Source: Tubiluchus corallicola
Lineage: Eukaryota; Animalia; Priapulida
Direction: 5' to 3'
Assembly: GCA_030141605.1 (NCBI GenBank)
Contig: JAQGDQ010001422.1
Coordinates: 1-41,869 of the forward strand
Length of the DNA: 41,869 nt
Shown here: piece by piece, positions 23,384 to 34,683 of the stretch
Layout of the letters: every line of letters begins with the position of its first letter
How positions within the stretch are numbered: position 1 is the first letter of the stretch
The notes under the pieces: generated by a model
What the model saw: the letters and a program-made list of their open reading frames with translations, nothing else
The model's database searches: none
What the model was told of the DNA's origin: nothing
Program-made: the position numbers and the translations under genes

Positions 23384-24065
23384 AGGACAAGAAAAGGGGC
23401 ACCTGAAGTAGGTTTCAGAAAAATCGCTTTAAAAATTTATCTTACTTTATAGCAATTTTATGAGTATATCGTACTCGCATTGAAAGGAATTTTAGTTTGT
23501 TTTCATTTTAAATCTCCCGCAATACTGTTCCAAAGTCGCCATTACACGACGTCATTACCAAACGTAAATCAGGGGAAGAAAAGGCAATGTTAAATTATAT
23601 CTCAAAAGACTTTCCGTGCAAATCTATATTGCTTAGATTTTCGCTTACCTGCTAGATAGACTTATGTAACTAGAAAAGAAAATTATTAATTATTTAAAAT
23701 GTTTTCACCAATTGGTAAAATGTAGCTGACTCACCTTCCAGGGTGCGCCACTCACTAACCAAAAATGTATTTTCAATTTTATTGACAAGAAACAGTAATT
23801 TTAAATTTTATTTAGTTAATGACTTGTGCGCTACGAATACTCTGATTATTTTTTCAAACTTTACAAAATGTTATCTAAACTTGTTTCAAATGACTTATCG
23901 TGAAAATGGCTGCGTCTAACGGTCATCGCGGGAGTTTAAATTTACATGTTTTATACAGCGTGACTGCCGATTGAAGTCCTGCTTGCAAAAAGGCTGTATG
24001 TAAGTGATATAAAATTTTAAAACGAATTTTTCAAGCTTTATGTTTATGAAGGGTTTTCTTGTACT
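23384..24065. mobile_element. Kolobok-like MITE, second family
   Basis: TTAA|AGGACAAGAAAA ... TTTTCTTGTACT|TTAA. Confidence 0.65.
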
Positions 24066-24203
24066 TTAAACCTTAAAACCGGCTGTCAAGCAATGAGATA
24101 ACTTTTTGAACACACTTTCTTCTTTTTTCTTCTTTTTCTTTATTATTTTATTATAATTATTTTTATTCCAGTACTATTATTCATTAAAATGTTTCTTTTT
24201 CAG

Positions 24204-26911
24204 GAGCAGGAAAGAACAGGCCGCTACAGTATAGCCAGCAATGCTACAAGCGACGCTCAGTGGAACGCACTCTTAGGAGCAGCCGATAACATTCTCTACG
24301 GCACCGGTGCTGACGTGTTGAGCAACCAGAGTCACGCTTTGTATGAAAATCTGATTTCTGAGGGAGATGTACCTTTTGATAAGTCTAACAATGCGGAGAG
24401 CGGACTGTACGAAAATGTAGAATTTTTGAGAAATCTTCGGCTGAACCTTGCAACGCTCGATGTGGGTAATGGCGTGTTAGAGGAAGCAAGAGACACGCTA
24501 AATGATCGGCAGACTGTATATGATGATGAGGAATGGGATAATTACCAAGAATTGTATCACTCCGAAGAATCAGTGGAAAATGTAGAGCGCTCGTTACCAT
24601 CTGTTGACGACAACCTTGATGAAGATGTGTTTGATGCAAATGTGAATTCTACTCCATTGCCAACTATAGAAAACTTGAGTGACCGCTTTCAGAAAACCGG
24701 CATATCTGAAAGTTCCGATGGTGCTAAACTGCGGGCGGCAACTAGCGAAAAAATGACCGATCTCTTCCGGATGGTCTGGGTGACGCCCGATAAGTCGGAT
24801 TCGGAAGAATCGCGATCCTCAACAAAAGCCGTGATTCGACAACCCACACTACAAAGCTCGACGTGGAGTCCTCCTGGCATGGATTCACCTCGTTCCACGC
24901 TACAAAGCTTAATGTGGAGTCCTCCTGGCATGGATTCACCTCGCTCCACGCTACAAAGCTCGGCATGGAGTCCTCCTGGCATGGATTCACCTCGTTCTCC
25001 GAAAACGACAAAGTACCAATTTGATGACAGCGCAAAAAGCAGTTTAGTAACGCCATCTAACGGCTGTGCTGCAAATCGTTTTTCAACATCATCTAGTTCT
25101 TCGCGTCTTGCCAAGCACAACATGTCACCCTCTTATGTTAAACCATTGACTGCGTCTTCTGAGTTCGAGTGGGATCAGCAACATTTGTTTGTCAAAAAGT
25201 CATCCAAATTAAAGGGATCTTTGGATCCTAAAAGTAATGAAATCTTTGCGTCAAAATCCGAAAACAAAAAGACGTCTTCAAGGGAAACTAACAGACAATT
25301 AATGAAGTCCGAACCACGAAACGTAGGACAAAAGTCGATAAGTTCTATTAACTCCAGAAAATCGCCCCAGCAAAGTGAACGAAGACGACCAGAAACACAG
25401 CCAAAGGACTACAAAGTTAAACCAGTTGTTCCGGAGAAGCCAAGTCACATTGTCACCCAGAGTGCAAGAAAACGGTTGGATTTTGCAACGCATTCGCCCA
25501 GGAAAATGGAAAAGGTTACTATTCAACATGATCCCTTCAGTTCTGAAAAGCCACTGAAACCAGTTGCCACAAGCGCTGCTAGATTAGCAGAGTCTGATGT
25601 TGCTTCACACTCTAGTAAAGAATCGGGCAGCTCGAGCGGTCATCGCGAAACCACACTTGATGCTGCCCAGCCTGGTCAACTGCTGAAACTTTCTCATCAT
25701 GCTGCTCGACTTGATTTGACAAATTCAGGATGTGAGAGGCAACGACTTGGCAGTCCTTTGGACACTGACTACACGCATAAACAGCTTCTCTCGAATGATA
25801 CAGTAGCTAGTTACCTGCCTAGACGAGCATTTAATCAAAGGGAATCATTAAAGGATACTTCACGTGCAAATCCTAACAACAGAAGTACTTTTAATGACGG
25901 CAAAAACTCCGGTTCACCTCGGGAGCCTCACCCTCACGCGTCTTCTAGTTTCTCGAGACGATCGAGTGACTCAAGTAGAACAACACATAAACCTCAACTG
26001 TTCGTGCCGTGCAATAGTTCGACAAATGTGGACGAGCCTCATTTACAAGGAGATAAAAATCTCGAACACCCTTACAAGAATCTCGGTGAAATGCAGCAGT
26101 ACATGAAACTTGTCACTGATGAAGGACCAAATGATTCAAACCTGCTAAGCAAAGACTTAAGCAGACCTAACAGTGAGTTGCAACAACGTTCTGTGAAACT
26201 GGACGATCATTACGAGCATTTGTCACAAAATACTTGGAAACCAACTGGTCCACGTGGTCAAACGTTTGCTCCACATGGTCAAACGTCTGCTCCACATGGT
26301 CAAACGTCTTCCGTTAACACTTCCTCAGCAACACCCAATTGGAAGCAGTTTCAGTCATTCTACTGGTCGCCATTACGAAACTCCGATGGAACAATTCGTC
26401 ATTCTTCAAATGTCAGCACAAAAATAGGTGCTTTTAAGTCTGCCAGACAAGTGCACAGCGTATCAGATTATGGAGACGGTCCTTATTCCAGTATTCCTAA
26501 TTCTGCTACAGGGCAACAACCACCAGGTTACGTGCAGCGGTCAAGAAGTGTTGCGGATAATGTGACTGACCGCTTTTCTGCAATGCATCTGACCCCTTCT
26601 GATCAACGATTGAATCAAATACCATCAGTAAAACAGCAAAATGAATTCCAGAAAGAACAAGTCTTCACTGACCATGATTACAGTCAGTCTTCACTTGTCT
26701 CTGGGAAAAACAATAGAGTAAAAGTTTCTTCGACGCATAAAACTTCACCACCTCCTTACCTTCCTGTGATTGAAAACGACGATTCGGTACGAAACAGTGA
26801 ACCTCTGAACTTAACAGATCCAGACTTGAACTCCACCTGGGAGACGTCAGAGAGCGGAAACAAAGATTCTGAAGAGGTGATTTCTACACAGCCACACCGA
26901 CGTCCACAGTT
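24204..26911 (+). CDS. Giant 2708-nt exon encoding ~902 aa of Ser/Pro-rich, low-complexity C-terminal extension
   Basis: Non-repetitive 908-codon ORF; acceptor TTTCTTTTTCAG at 24203, donor TT|GTAAGT at 26912; phase 0/2. Confidence 0.9.
24844..24996 (+). repeat. Coding tandem repeat, 51 bp x3 ((S/P)TLQSxxWSPPGMDSPR)
   Basis: Direct reading, in frame within the giant exon. Confidence 0.95.
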
Positions 26912-26974
26912 GTAAGTACATGTCTGTTGTGTCAAATCTTTGCTAGCAGTAAACGATGAATATGATGCAGGAAA

Positions 26975-27303
26975 TTTTTCAGTATGTATTTTAAGCACAT
27001 GTGTCACAAACTGTCATACATTGAAGATATTTTTCAGTATGTATTTTAAGCACGTGTCACAAACTGTCATACATTGAAGATATTTTTCAGTATGTATTTT
27101 AAGCACGTGTCACAAACTGTCATACATTGAAGATATTTTTCAGTATGTATTTTAAGCACATGTGTCACAAACTGTCATACATTGAAGATATTTTTCAGTA
27201 TGTATTTTAAGCACATGTGTCACAAACTGTCATACATTGAAGATATTTTTCAGTATGTATTTTAACCACGTGTCACAAACTGTCATACATTGAAGATATT
27301 TTT
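26975..27303. repeat. 53/55-bp minisatellite x6 filling most of an intron
   Basis: Unit TTTTTCAGTATGTATTTTAAGCAC(AT)GTGTCACAAACTGTCATACATTGAAGATA. Confidence 0.95.
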
Positions 27304-27312
27304 GTGTTATAG

Positions 27313-27364
27313 GAACCCGTATCCAGAAGATAATGAAGAAGAATTCACAGCCGCTTCTCAAAAG
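27313..27364 (+). CDS. Penultimate exon (NPYPEDNEEEFTAASQK)
   Basis: Acceptor GTTATAG, donor GTAAAT; 52 nt, phase 2/0. Confidence 0.75.
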
Positions 27365-27575
27365 GTAAATATCTGTTATTTATTCGTAATCATTGCACTG
27401 CTTATAATGCCACAATTTAGTAATGGGATTTGGCCTTATATAACACGTTTTTGGGAACATATTATTTATTGTTCAATATAGTGAATCTGAGAATTGCTAT
27501 AGATACTTATGTTACTGTACAACTGAAGCTAAGTCTTCACTTAATGGCGCCACACTTAGCGATGTTTTGTCTTTG

Positions 27576-27584
27576 TCTCTCTCT

Positions 27585-27624
<40 letters not shown>

Positions 27625-27643
27625 CTCTCTCTCTCTCACTCTT

Positions 27644-27698
<55 letters not shown>

Positions 27699-27944
27699 CT
27701 CTATCTCTCTCCCCCTCTCTCTCTTTCTCTCTCCTCTCTCTCTCTCACTCTTTCTCTCTCCTCTCTCTCTTTCTCTCTCCTCTCTCTCTCTCTCCTCTCT
27801 CTCTCTCTCCTCTCTCTCTCTCACTCTTTCTCTCTCCTCTCTCTCTCTCTCACTCTCTCTCTGTCTCTCTCTCTCTCTCTCTCTCACTCTCTCTCTGTCT
27901 CTCTCTGTCTCCCTCCTCTCTATCTCTCTCCCCCTCTCTCTCTT

Positions 27945-28021
<77 letters not shown>

Positions 28022-28275
28022 GTGCAAGAGGCAATTGATAGGCTTGCCTTACATAAATCAGCTGGTCCAGACAGACTTAAAGGTGAACATTTCCGTAATT
28101 CATCCCCTTTGCTGCCAATCAAGTCTTCGCTTAACGGCGCCCCACTTAGCGATGTTTTGTCTTTGTCTCTCTCTCCCCTCTCTCTCTTTCTCTCTCCTCT
28201 CTCTCTCACTCTCTCTCTCTCTGTCTCTCCTCTTTCTCTCTCTCTCTCTCTCTCTAAATATATATATATATATAT
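27576..28275. repeat. Two imperfect (CT)n tracts (27576-28020 and 28166-28255) plus (TA)n
   Basis: Direct reading. Confidence 0.95.
28021..28120 (+). mobile_element. Fragment of a non-LTR retrotransposon ORF2 (pre-RT region)
   Basis: Translates VQEAIDRLALHKSAGPDRLKGEHFRN, matching the V..AI..L...K.aGPD.l..E pattern found just upstream of LINE RT domains. Confidence 0.65.
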
Positions 28276-29320
28276 TTAGAATATATATGTTGAACTGATG
28301 GACGCGTCTTGTACAATAGCATTAGTATCTATACCAATTCTTAAATTCACTATTTTCAAAAATAAATATTATGTTAATAAATATTAAAAAGTATTATATG
28401 AGGCCAAATCTATTTATGTTACTAAAATCTGGCATTTTAAGCAGTGCAATGTTTATTTAAGTAGGAACGTTTTCGCCAGCATCCAATAGCATCATCAGCT
28501 ACACAGCCTAAAGTAAAATTATCATGAGTTCATTTTGCTATATGTTTTTTACAAACACTTAGCTTATTTACACTATAGAATATACACTCTCAAGAAAACT
28601 CAGGCAGTATTAACATTTGTGTAAAGCAAAACCTGACAACTACTGTCACAAGAATGCAGAGTGATATCCCAATTGTTGTAAATAGGCGGGAATTTCTTTT
28701 TTTGTGTGTTTGATTTGTTGTTGCTGAAGACATTTTTGGGTTTTGCCGATAGTCACAGTAAATCCCGCGACTGGTTATTTTGCAGTTTACATTTTCATAC
28801 TTTTGCATCGTGTCTCTGCTGAACTTCTTTCTAATTCATTTCTTTTCTCTTTTTCTCTATCTCTGTCTATTATTTTATCTTAACTACTCCCTGTTTTTCT
28901 ATAATTCTCTCTCTTGTAAATTAAGTCGTTTTTTTCACTTTTCATGGCGGTCTTACAAGCTTTGCTTCTTGACCACCATGCAGCATCTATTTCTCGTTGA
29001 CAAACTATTATGTAGTTTAGTAACTATGTTAGTACACTTCTGTTAAATTTTTGTAATTATATTTGAAATTTGCTATAGTATACTAATGTAGTTCTGTTAC
29101 AATTATTGTAACTATATTTCATTTTCTAGTTATAGGGCATAATAGTTAAAGATAATAATGCAAATTGTAATGTAAAAATACATGCTGAAGTGATAATAAA
29201 TTACAATTACAATAAATTACAATTACATTTGCGATTATTCCTAAATTACTAACTTGTTTTAGGACCAACTAACCTACTAAATTACTGAATCTAACCTACT
29301 TAATTTTTGTTTATTCTTAG

Positions 29321-29371
29321 GTGGCTGCGTCACACAAAGAATTATGGGTCAGTTCATCAATGTTAGTTTGA
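29321..29371 (+). CDS. Probable terminal coding exon (VAASHKELWVSSSMLV*)
   Basis: Branch-like CTAAC at 29291, pyrimidine tract and TTCTTAG acceptor; phase 0; TGA at 29369-29371. Confidence 0.68.
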   Translation: MAASHKELWVSSSMLV

Positions 29372-29566
29372 TGAATTCTTGCATTCAGTAGAAATCCTGA
29401 ATGTTTTCGACTGTAAAATTATGCAAGTGAGATTAGTCATCCATTTTGGAGGTAAACTTCTCTTATTGATCTCAGGAATGGACCACATGTATAAACTGTT
29501 TTGTTATTATTGTTAGACCAGTTTTGTGCTGCCCTGAAAACTAAACTGTTAATCTTATTCTCTACC

Positions 29567-29736
29567 AGTAATGTAAAAGTTACATTAATTTTCTGTGTGT
29601 AGTAGAGCAAGTAATGTAAAAATTACATTAATTTTCTGTGTGTAGTAAAGCAAGTAATGTAAAAGTTACATTAATTCTTTGTGCATAGTACAGCAAGTAA
29701 TGTAAAAGTTACATTAATTCTCTGTGCGTAGTACAG
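29567..29736. repeat. 43-bp minisatellite x4, with an internal hairpin in each unit
   Basis: Unit AGTAATGTAAAAGTTACATTAATTTTCTGTGTGTAGTAGAGCA. Confidence 0.93.
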
Positions 29737-30761
29737 TAAGTCTTCGCTTAACGGCGCCCCGCTTAGCGACGCTAATTTTTTGACACGTTTTTTTCACTTA
29801 ATGGCTGCATGTTTCATTTTAACAACGATTTTTTAACCCTAATTTTAAGTAATTTAATTAAGCTTTTTTTATTAGACAAATGTATGCTTGCATAACAAAA
29901 ATGTCCATAAGTTGGCAGTTAAGTTTTTCTAGTTATTCACGTATCCTGAATCTCCATTTCATGAGGATCATTTTGATACCAAGTTCATCGCTCTATATTA
30001 TTTCTAAGCTGAGATAGTCCATGTTGAAGTTGAGCTGCAGTCTATGTACTGAAAAACATAATCTTGATGAAATCACTGTTAAAGTTAACCATTGTTTTTG
30101 TCGCGTTTCTACTAAACACTTAGCAACCGTACAAATGTTGGTTGCTACAAACCTTACAAGAACACATTTAAGTTATGTTTAAATCCAGCAGATGGCTCTT
30201 CCTGGTGAAGATCTGGGCTCGGCAACAGAAAAACCCGAAGCAAAATGGCCGCTTCCACGAGCTACAATCGGAGTTTGAAAATACGAGTTTTTTTTTACAA
30301 TTACAGTACTAGTTTCTAATCAGAGAAGTGGATGTGAGGTTATAAAATTAGATTTTTAGTATTTTTTGAACATTTTCCCAATAATTTGAAGGCTAGAATA
30401 TAAAAGTCCAATATATTTAATATTTGTTTTTATGAAAAACAAAAAATTGACATTTGGTGTATTCAAATTTGAAGTATCATAACAGTTTTAACTATGCCGA
30501 CTTATGCACGATTTTGGTTTGCAAAACACAAATATGTAATGTTGAACTATAAGCAATAAACTCTATAAAGAGTTTAATTTCTAATCTATGTTATTGATTT
30601 TTCTCCTACAATATAACTAAATGCTTTTACATAGCCATGAATTATTGATTTTTGCTACGGAAAGGTTTTTCATTTTGCAAAACATTGTTTCGTTTAGTGT
30701 CGTTTCGCTTAATCACGCACTTTGCTGGAGCACATTAGCGCCGTTAAGCGAGAATTTACTG
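29734..30761. mobile_element. Tigger/pogo-like MITE containing the nested ~640-bp TIR element 29887-30524 (mirror copy ~40455-41489)
   Basis: TA|CAGTAAGTCTTCGCTTAACGGCGC ... GCGCCGTTAAGCGAGAATTTACTG|TA. Confidence 0.78.
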
Positions 30762-31263
30762 TACCACTGTAACTTATCTCTCAGGGAGGTCATAATAGAT
30801 TTGCTGGAGCGTTTAAATTATGTCTTCAGTTCACAAAATAATCCTGCTCTTTTAAAAACTGTTGGTTAGTTGAGAGTTTGATTCTCAAAACCTACTGATG
30901 ATTTTTCAACTTCCGGCGTCTTTTTAGTACTCAGTATAATTTCTTGTCTAATGTACTTATTAATGTATTGAATATGTTTTTTCAACTTTTGTTGAATCTC
31001 GTCTCGTGATTTTGCAATGTTAGCTTGACTACAGAGTAAACTTGCTAGATTTTGTACCATAAATTCTTTACATATGCAGCGATCATTACCAAACTTGTAC
31101 AACAGATAGTTTACTAGATATTTTGTTTCTCTTTAGATTTGTAGGTAGAAAATCGTTTTGCAATTGTTACATTTTGTTCACTTTTTGTACATATCTATAA
31201 CGTAAAACTGATATAAGTTATTTTGTACATATCTATAATGTAAAACTGAAAAGTTTTTTTTGT

Positions 31264-31617
31264 AATGAGCCTTTTCACAGTTTTGTTGTGCACATGCGCA
31301 GTTGCTGTAGGTCAAAGGCTAACTACAATCATCATGTGACAGGTGGGTAAAGCAAAGCTGTCTGTCGCATTAGTTCAGTAACTTCAGTTGTTTTACGTGG
31401 ACTTTACTTAATTATGCATTAGTCTGTTCTTAGTGATTTACTAGCAGGAACCAGGAAAAATGAACTATGTAAGTAAGGTTTTAGCTGTTAAAACTGTTAC
31501 TATTACAAGATGGGCTGCGAGACGTTATCAAGTGTACACAAATGCGTTGTCTGGTACACTTAACCTTTGACCTTTTCACGATCATCGTCAATTGCTTAAA
31601 CTGTGAAAAGGCTTATT
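31264..31617. mobile_element. Same MITE family as 20497-20796 (copy 3; mirror copy 39597-39950)
   Basis: AATGAGCCTTTTCACAGTTT ... AAACTGTGAAAAGGCTTATT. Confidence 0.82.
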
Positions 31618-33190
31618 GGGTTACTTGCTTGCGAATAACTCCATAGAGCCGCTCAGCTCGCTGTGCTGTTCTTCTCATTCATATAATACGAAACATTAAG
31701 TAATTGTGATTAAATAATGCATACTAAATCGTTGCAAATTTGGATTCCATGACAACTGAGAACTCGTATCTATTTGTTAACAGGAAGCTTATCACCATTG
31801 TTTCAGTCCAGCTTTAATAAGCAAGTAATCCGATGCTTCGCATTCCGTACTAGTTTGTGTCTAATGTCAAAATAATAATGTTACACAACTTGTACAATTC
31901 GGTACGTTTCACATTGCAGTATGTCAAACTTCGTTTGGTGATTGTTGAAAACTAAGTTGTATTTTTTGAAGATTCCTGTCCAAATCAGTAACTTAAGAAC
32001 CCGAATGACGGCTTCCGCTTCACAAAGAACTGTAAGTTGATCTGTCTTGTGAAAGTAGCATTGATAACAGGGTAACTGAAAACTTGACTGATATTTTTTG
32101 TGTCTTAGTTACTTGATGGGAAACTTGTACATTAATTAGCATGTAATGCAGGGATGAGAATGACAAACTGCAAAAAACTCTGAAACAGGCCGTGGGTTGC
32201 GGGGCAAAGCCCCCTGTGGAGCCAGCAACAAATTGCAATTTTGTGACTGTAGAGAGCCTCTAAGTGGACTTAAAATATCAATTACCTTGTTTCGTGCATA
32301 ATTTAAAATACTCAACTATCAAGGATACATGATACCTAATTGTCTCAAAAACGCCTAAGTACTGGCCACTCCTATGCAAAAGTATATAAAAACTGTCTGC
32401 AATTGACTCAAATAACTCTGCACAATTGATTCTATATTTTTATACATAGAGATGTACACGTGGTTACAATCATGTACGTGATGTAAACAAAGTGATGGCC
32501 TGCCACCTAGCGGTCAGTTTGTGAAATAATGTACTGGATCCGTAAAAATTTTCTCAATGAATTTACGCGATTTACAAAAATGGCAAAGTTGCTGGTCTTC
32601 CAAAAACTCGGAATTCCGCGTATCTGCGGAAAATTCTCATCCCTGAGGTTGTTCAATTTAGACAATGTAGCTAGTTTAATAACTATTTAAAATTTTTACA
32701 GATACTACAACTTGCGATTACCAAGACATTGCATTTGATGAATCAAATTCTCTTATATAAATTCTTAAAAATACAAGTACCGGTTCATCTGTTGATCATG
32801 TTGAGTAGCAATAAATTTGTAATACTTACTGAATTGACACTATATATGCTGTCTACAGTAGATCATGTCATGTTAATCTAGTGCAAAGTGTTTAATGCTC
32901 AATGCAGAGATGATTCCGTGTACTAATTGCAGCATTTTTATTGCAACACTTGTTTTATCATTGCATTCGTTTTATTTATTTTAAGTTTATTTGAAACAGG
33001 GCGTCAAGGCTTACACTTACATAGAAGAAAGAATCTCTTTCTTAAACTATCTGTGATACAGAACGGTTGTATGAAAATGCTAATTATTATTGTTTTATAA
33101 AAGTCTTAGATATTATTAAACTGTTGTTATGCATATGATCTGCTTTATATATTTTGCGTGGATACTGTTGCCTACAGATACATATATATA

Positions 33191-33619
33191 CAGTCAACCT
33201 CGGATACAAGGGACACCTTCGTACCAGAAAAATTCTTCCCTTATATCCGATGTCCCTTATAGCCGAAGTTGAGTCAGACTGAGGGTGTATTTAGATCTGT
33301 ACTTTTACCCACATTTTTACGGATTATTGCTACACATTCAGCGCAAACGGTATGTAGGAAGTTCCTTCAGTGATGCGAAACGTATGTGACCGAGGAAACC
33401 GAGCTGTTCGAAGGCCATGTTTGCGAAAAATTGAAAGTCGGGTACCTTATATACGAAGATTTTTACATAGGAAAAACGTACACAATCTTCGTATACAAGG
33501 TACTCGACTTTCGGTTATAAGGGACGATATCTTCAGGTCCCGCATAAAAGAAACCCAGGTAAATTACCTCACATATAAGCGATAAGGATAAGCGAATACC
33601 TTATACCTGAGATTGGCTG
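33191..33619. mobile_element. Tigger/pogo-like MITE, internally deleted relative to its mirror copy
   Basis: TA|CAGTCAACCTCGGATACAAGG ... CCTTATACCTGAGATTGGCTG|TA. Confidence 0.78.
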
Positions 33620-34007
33620 TACACGATTCGGCTATAAGATTACTCTGCGAAAACAACGTAAGGTAAGGTACAGGCTTATCGGTACTACTACATGTCATGT
33701 CATTTCAAAGAATAATCGTGCACTATGTTCGGAATTAAAATTTATTCAACTCTATTCACCAAATAAAACTCATTTCAATTTGCAATATGAAAAAAATTGA
33801 CGAGCAGAACAAATGTTTCCCAAAAAACTACAAGTTACAAATAACTAGACAGAAGATTCGTGCAAGATGCATGTGACGTCGTATACACAGACATATATAA
33901 AACTCACTCATATCATTTCCATAAATAGAAGTTATTTTACAATTTTTTTCAAAATATATATTGTACTGTCATATCATCTGCATTTTCATTGGACATGCTA
34001 AAATTAA

Positions 34008-34320
34008 CACATTATTAACAGACAAATTGTTCAATAATGACAGACAAGTTGTTCAATAATGACAAAATGACATTATTAACAGACAAATCGTTCAATAATG
34101 ACGGACAAATTGTCCAATAATGACAAAATGACATTAACAGACAAATTGTTCAATAATGACAGACAAATTGTTCAATAATGACAAAATGACATTATTAACA
34201 GACAAATTGTTCAATAATGACAAAATGACATTAACAGACAAATTGTTCAATAATGGACAAATTGTTCAATAATGACAAAATGACATTATTAACAGACAAA
34301 TTGTTCAATAATGACAAAAT
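34008..34320. repeat. Composite minisatellite with core GACAAATTGTTCAATAAT (mirror ~36815-37130)
   Basis: Direct reading. Confidence 0.92.
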
Positions 34321-34417
34321 GCAAACTACAGAAAAAATGCCAAGCCAATACAATTAATACTGAATGAGATAAAACAACAAATAAAATTTACAAAGTTAAT
34401 CATTGTTAGTTTTTAAA

Positions 34418-34683
34418 CAGCACAGAAGTTTGCTTGCTCAACAATAGGTGTAAAATTGATTTCAGCACAGAAGTTTGCTTGCTCAACAATAGGTGTAAAA
34501 TTGATTTCAGCACAGAAGTTTGCTTGCTCAACAATAGGTGTAAAATTGATTTCAGCACAGAAGTTTGCTTGCTCAACAATAGGCGTAAAATTGATTTCAG
34601 CACAGAAGTTTGCTTGCTCAACAATAGGCGTAAAATTGATTTCAGCACAGAAGTTTGCTTGCTCAACAATACGAGTAAAATTT
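34418..34683. repeat. 45-bp minisatellite x6 (only ~2.2 copies in the mirror, 36621-36718)
   Basis: Unit CAGCACAGAAGTTTGCTTGCTCAACAATAGGTGTAAAATTGATTT. Confidence 0.95.

Larger units (their letters stand above)
27391..28451. mobile_element. Element bounded by ~130-bp imperfect inverted repeats, with composite cargo
   Basis: 27391-27522 (CATTGCACTGCTTATAATGCCA...TACTGTACAA) is the diverged reverse complement of 28309-28451 (TTGTACAATAGC...TGGCATTTTAAGCAGTGCAATG). Confidence 0.7.
390..29371 (+). other. RSKR: Gene model span: RSKR/SGK494-like AGC Ser/Thr kinase, 15 exons, >=1375 aa, 5' end unresolved
   Basis: Exons chain with GT..AG introns and consistent phases. CDS from 2227 to the stop sums to 4050 nt (1349 aa plus stop), plus 26 codons at 390-467. 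All kinase subdomains are present in order. The KMEN catalytic loop and WPVP..LFLP pre-kinase motif are typical of RSKR. Confidence 0.8.
29567..34515 (+). repeat. Left arm (~4.95 kb) of giant inverted duplication
   Basis: Colinear reverse complement of 36621-41869. Mirrored ORF pairs: 30866-31102/40113-40331, 32020-32238/38976-39194, 33370-33585/37566-37881. Confidence 0.96.

Noticed and set aside
24189-26915. Stand-alone single-exon 908-aa gene
   Set aside because: The ATG lies at the start of a pyrimidine tract 15 nt before a strong acceptor, the stop is within a GTAAGT donor, and phases match the flanking exons.
27430-28298. Leu/Ser- and Arg/Glu-rich ORFs
   Set aside because: Translations of (CT)n/(AG)n microsatellite.
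32020-32238. Short ORF conserved in both arms (also 38976-39194)
   Set aside because: It starts at a TTG, has no recognisable motif or splice support, and its conservation is explained by the duplication.
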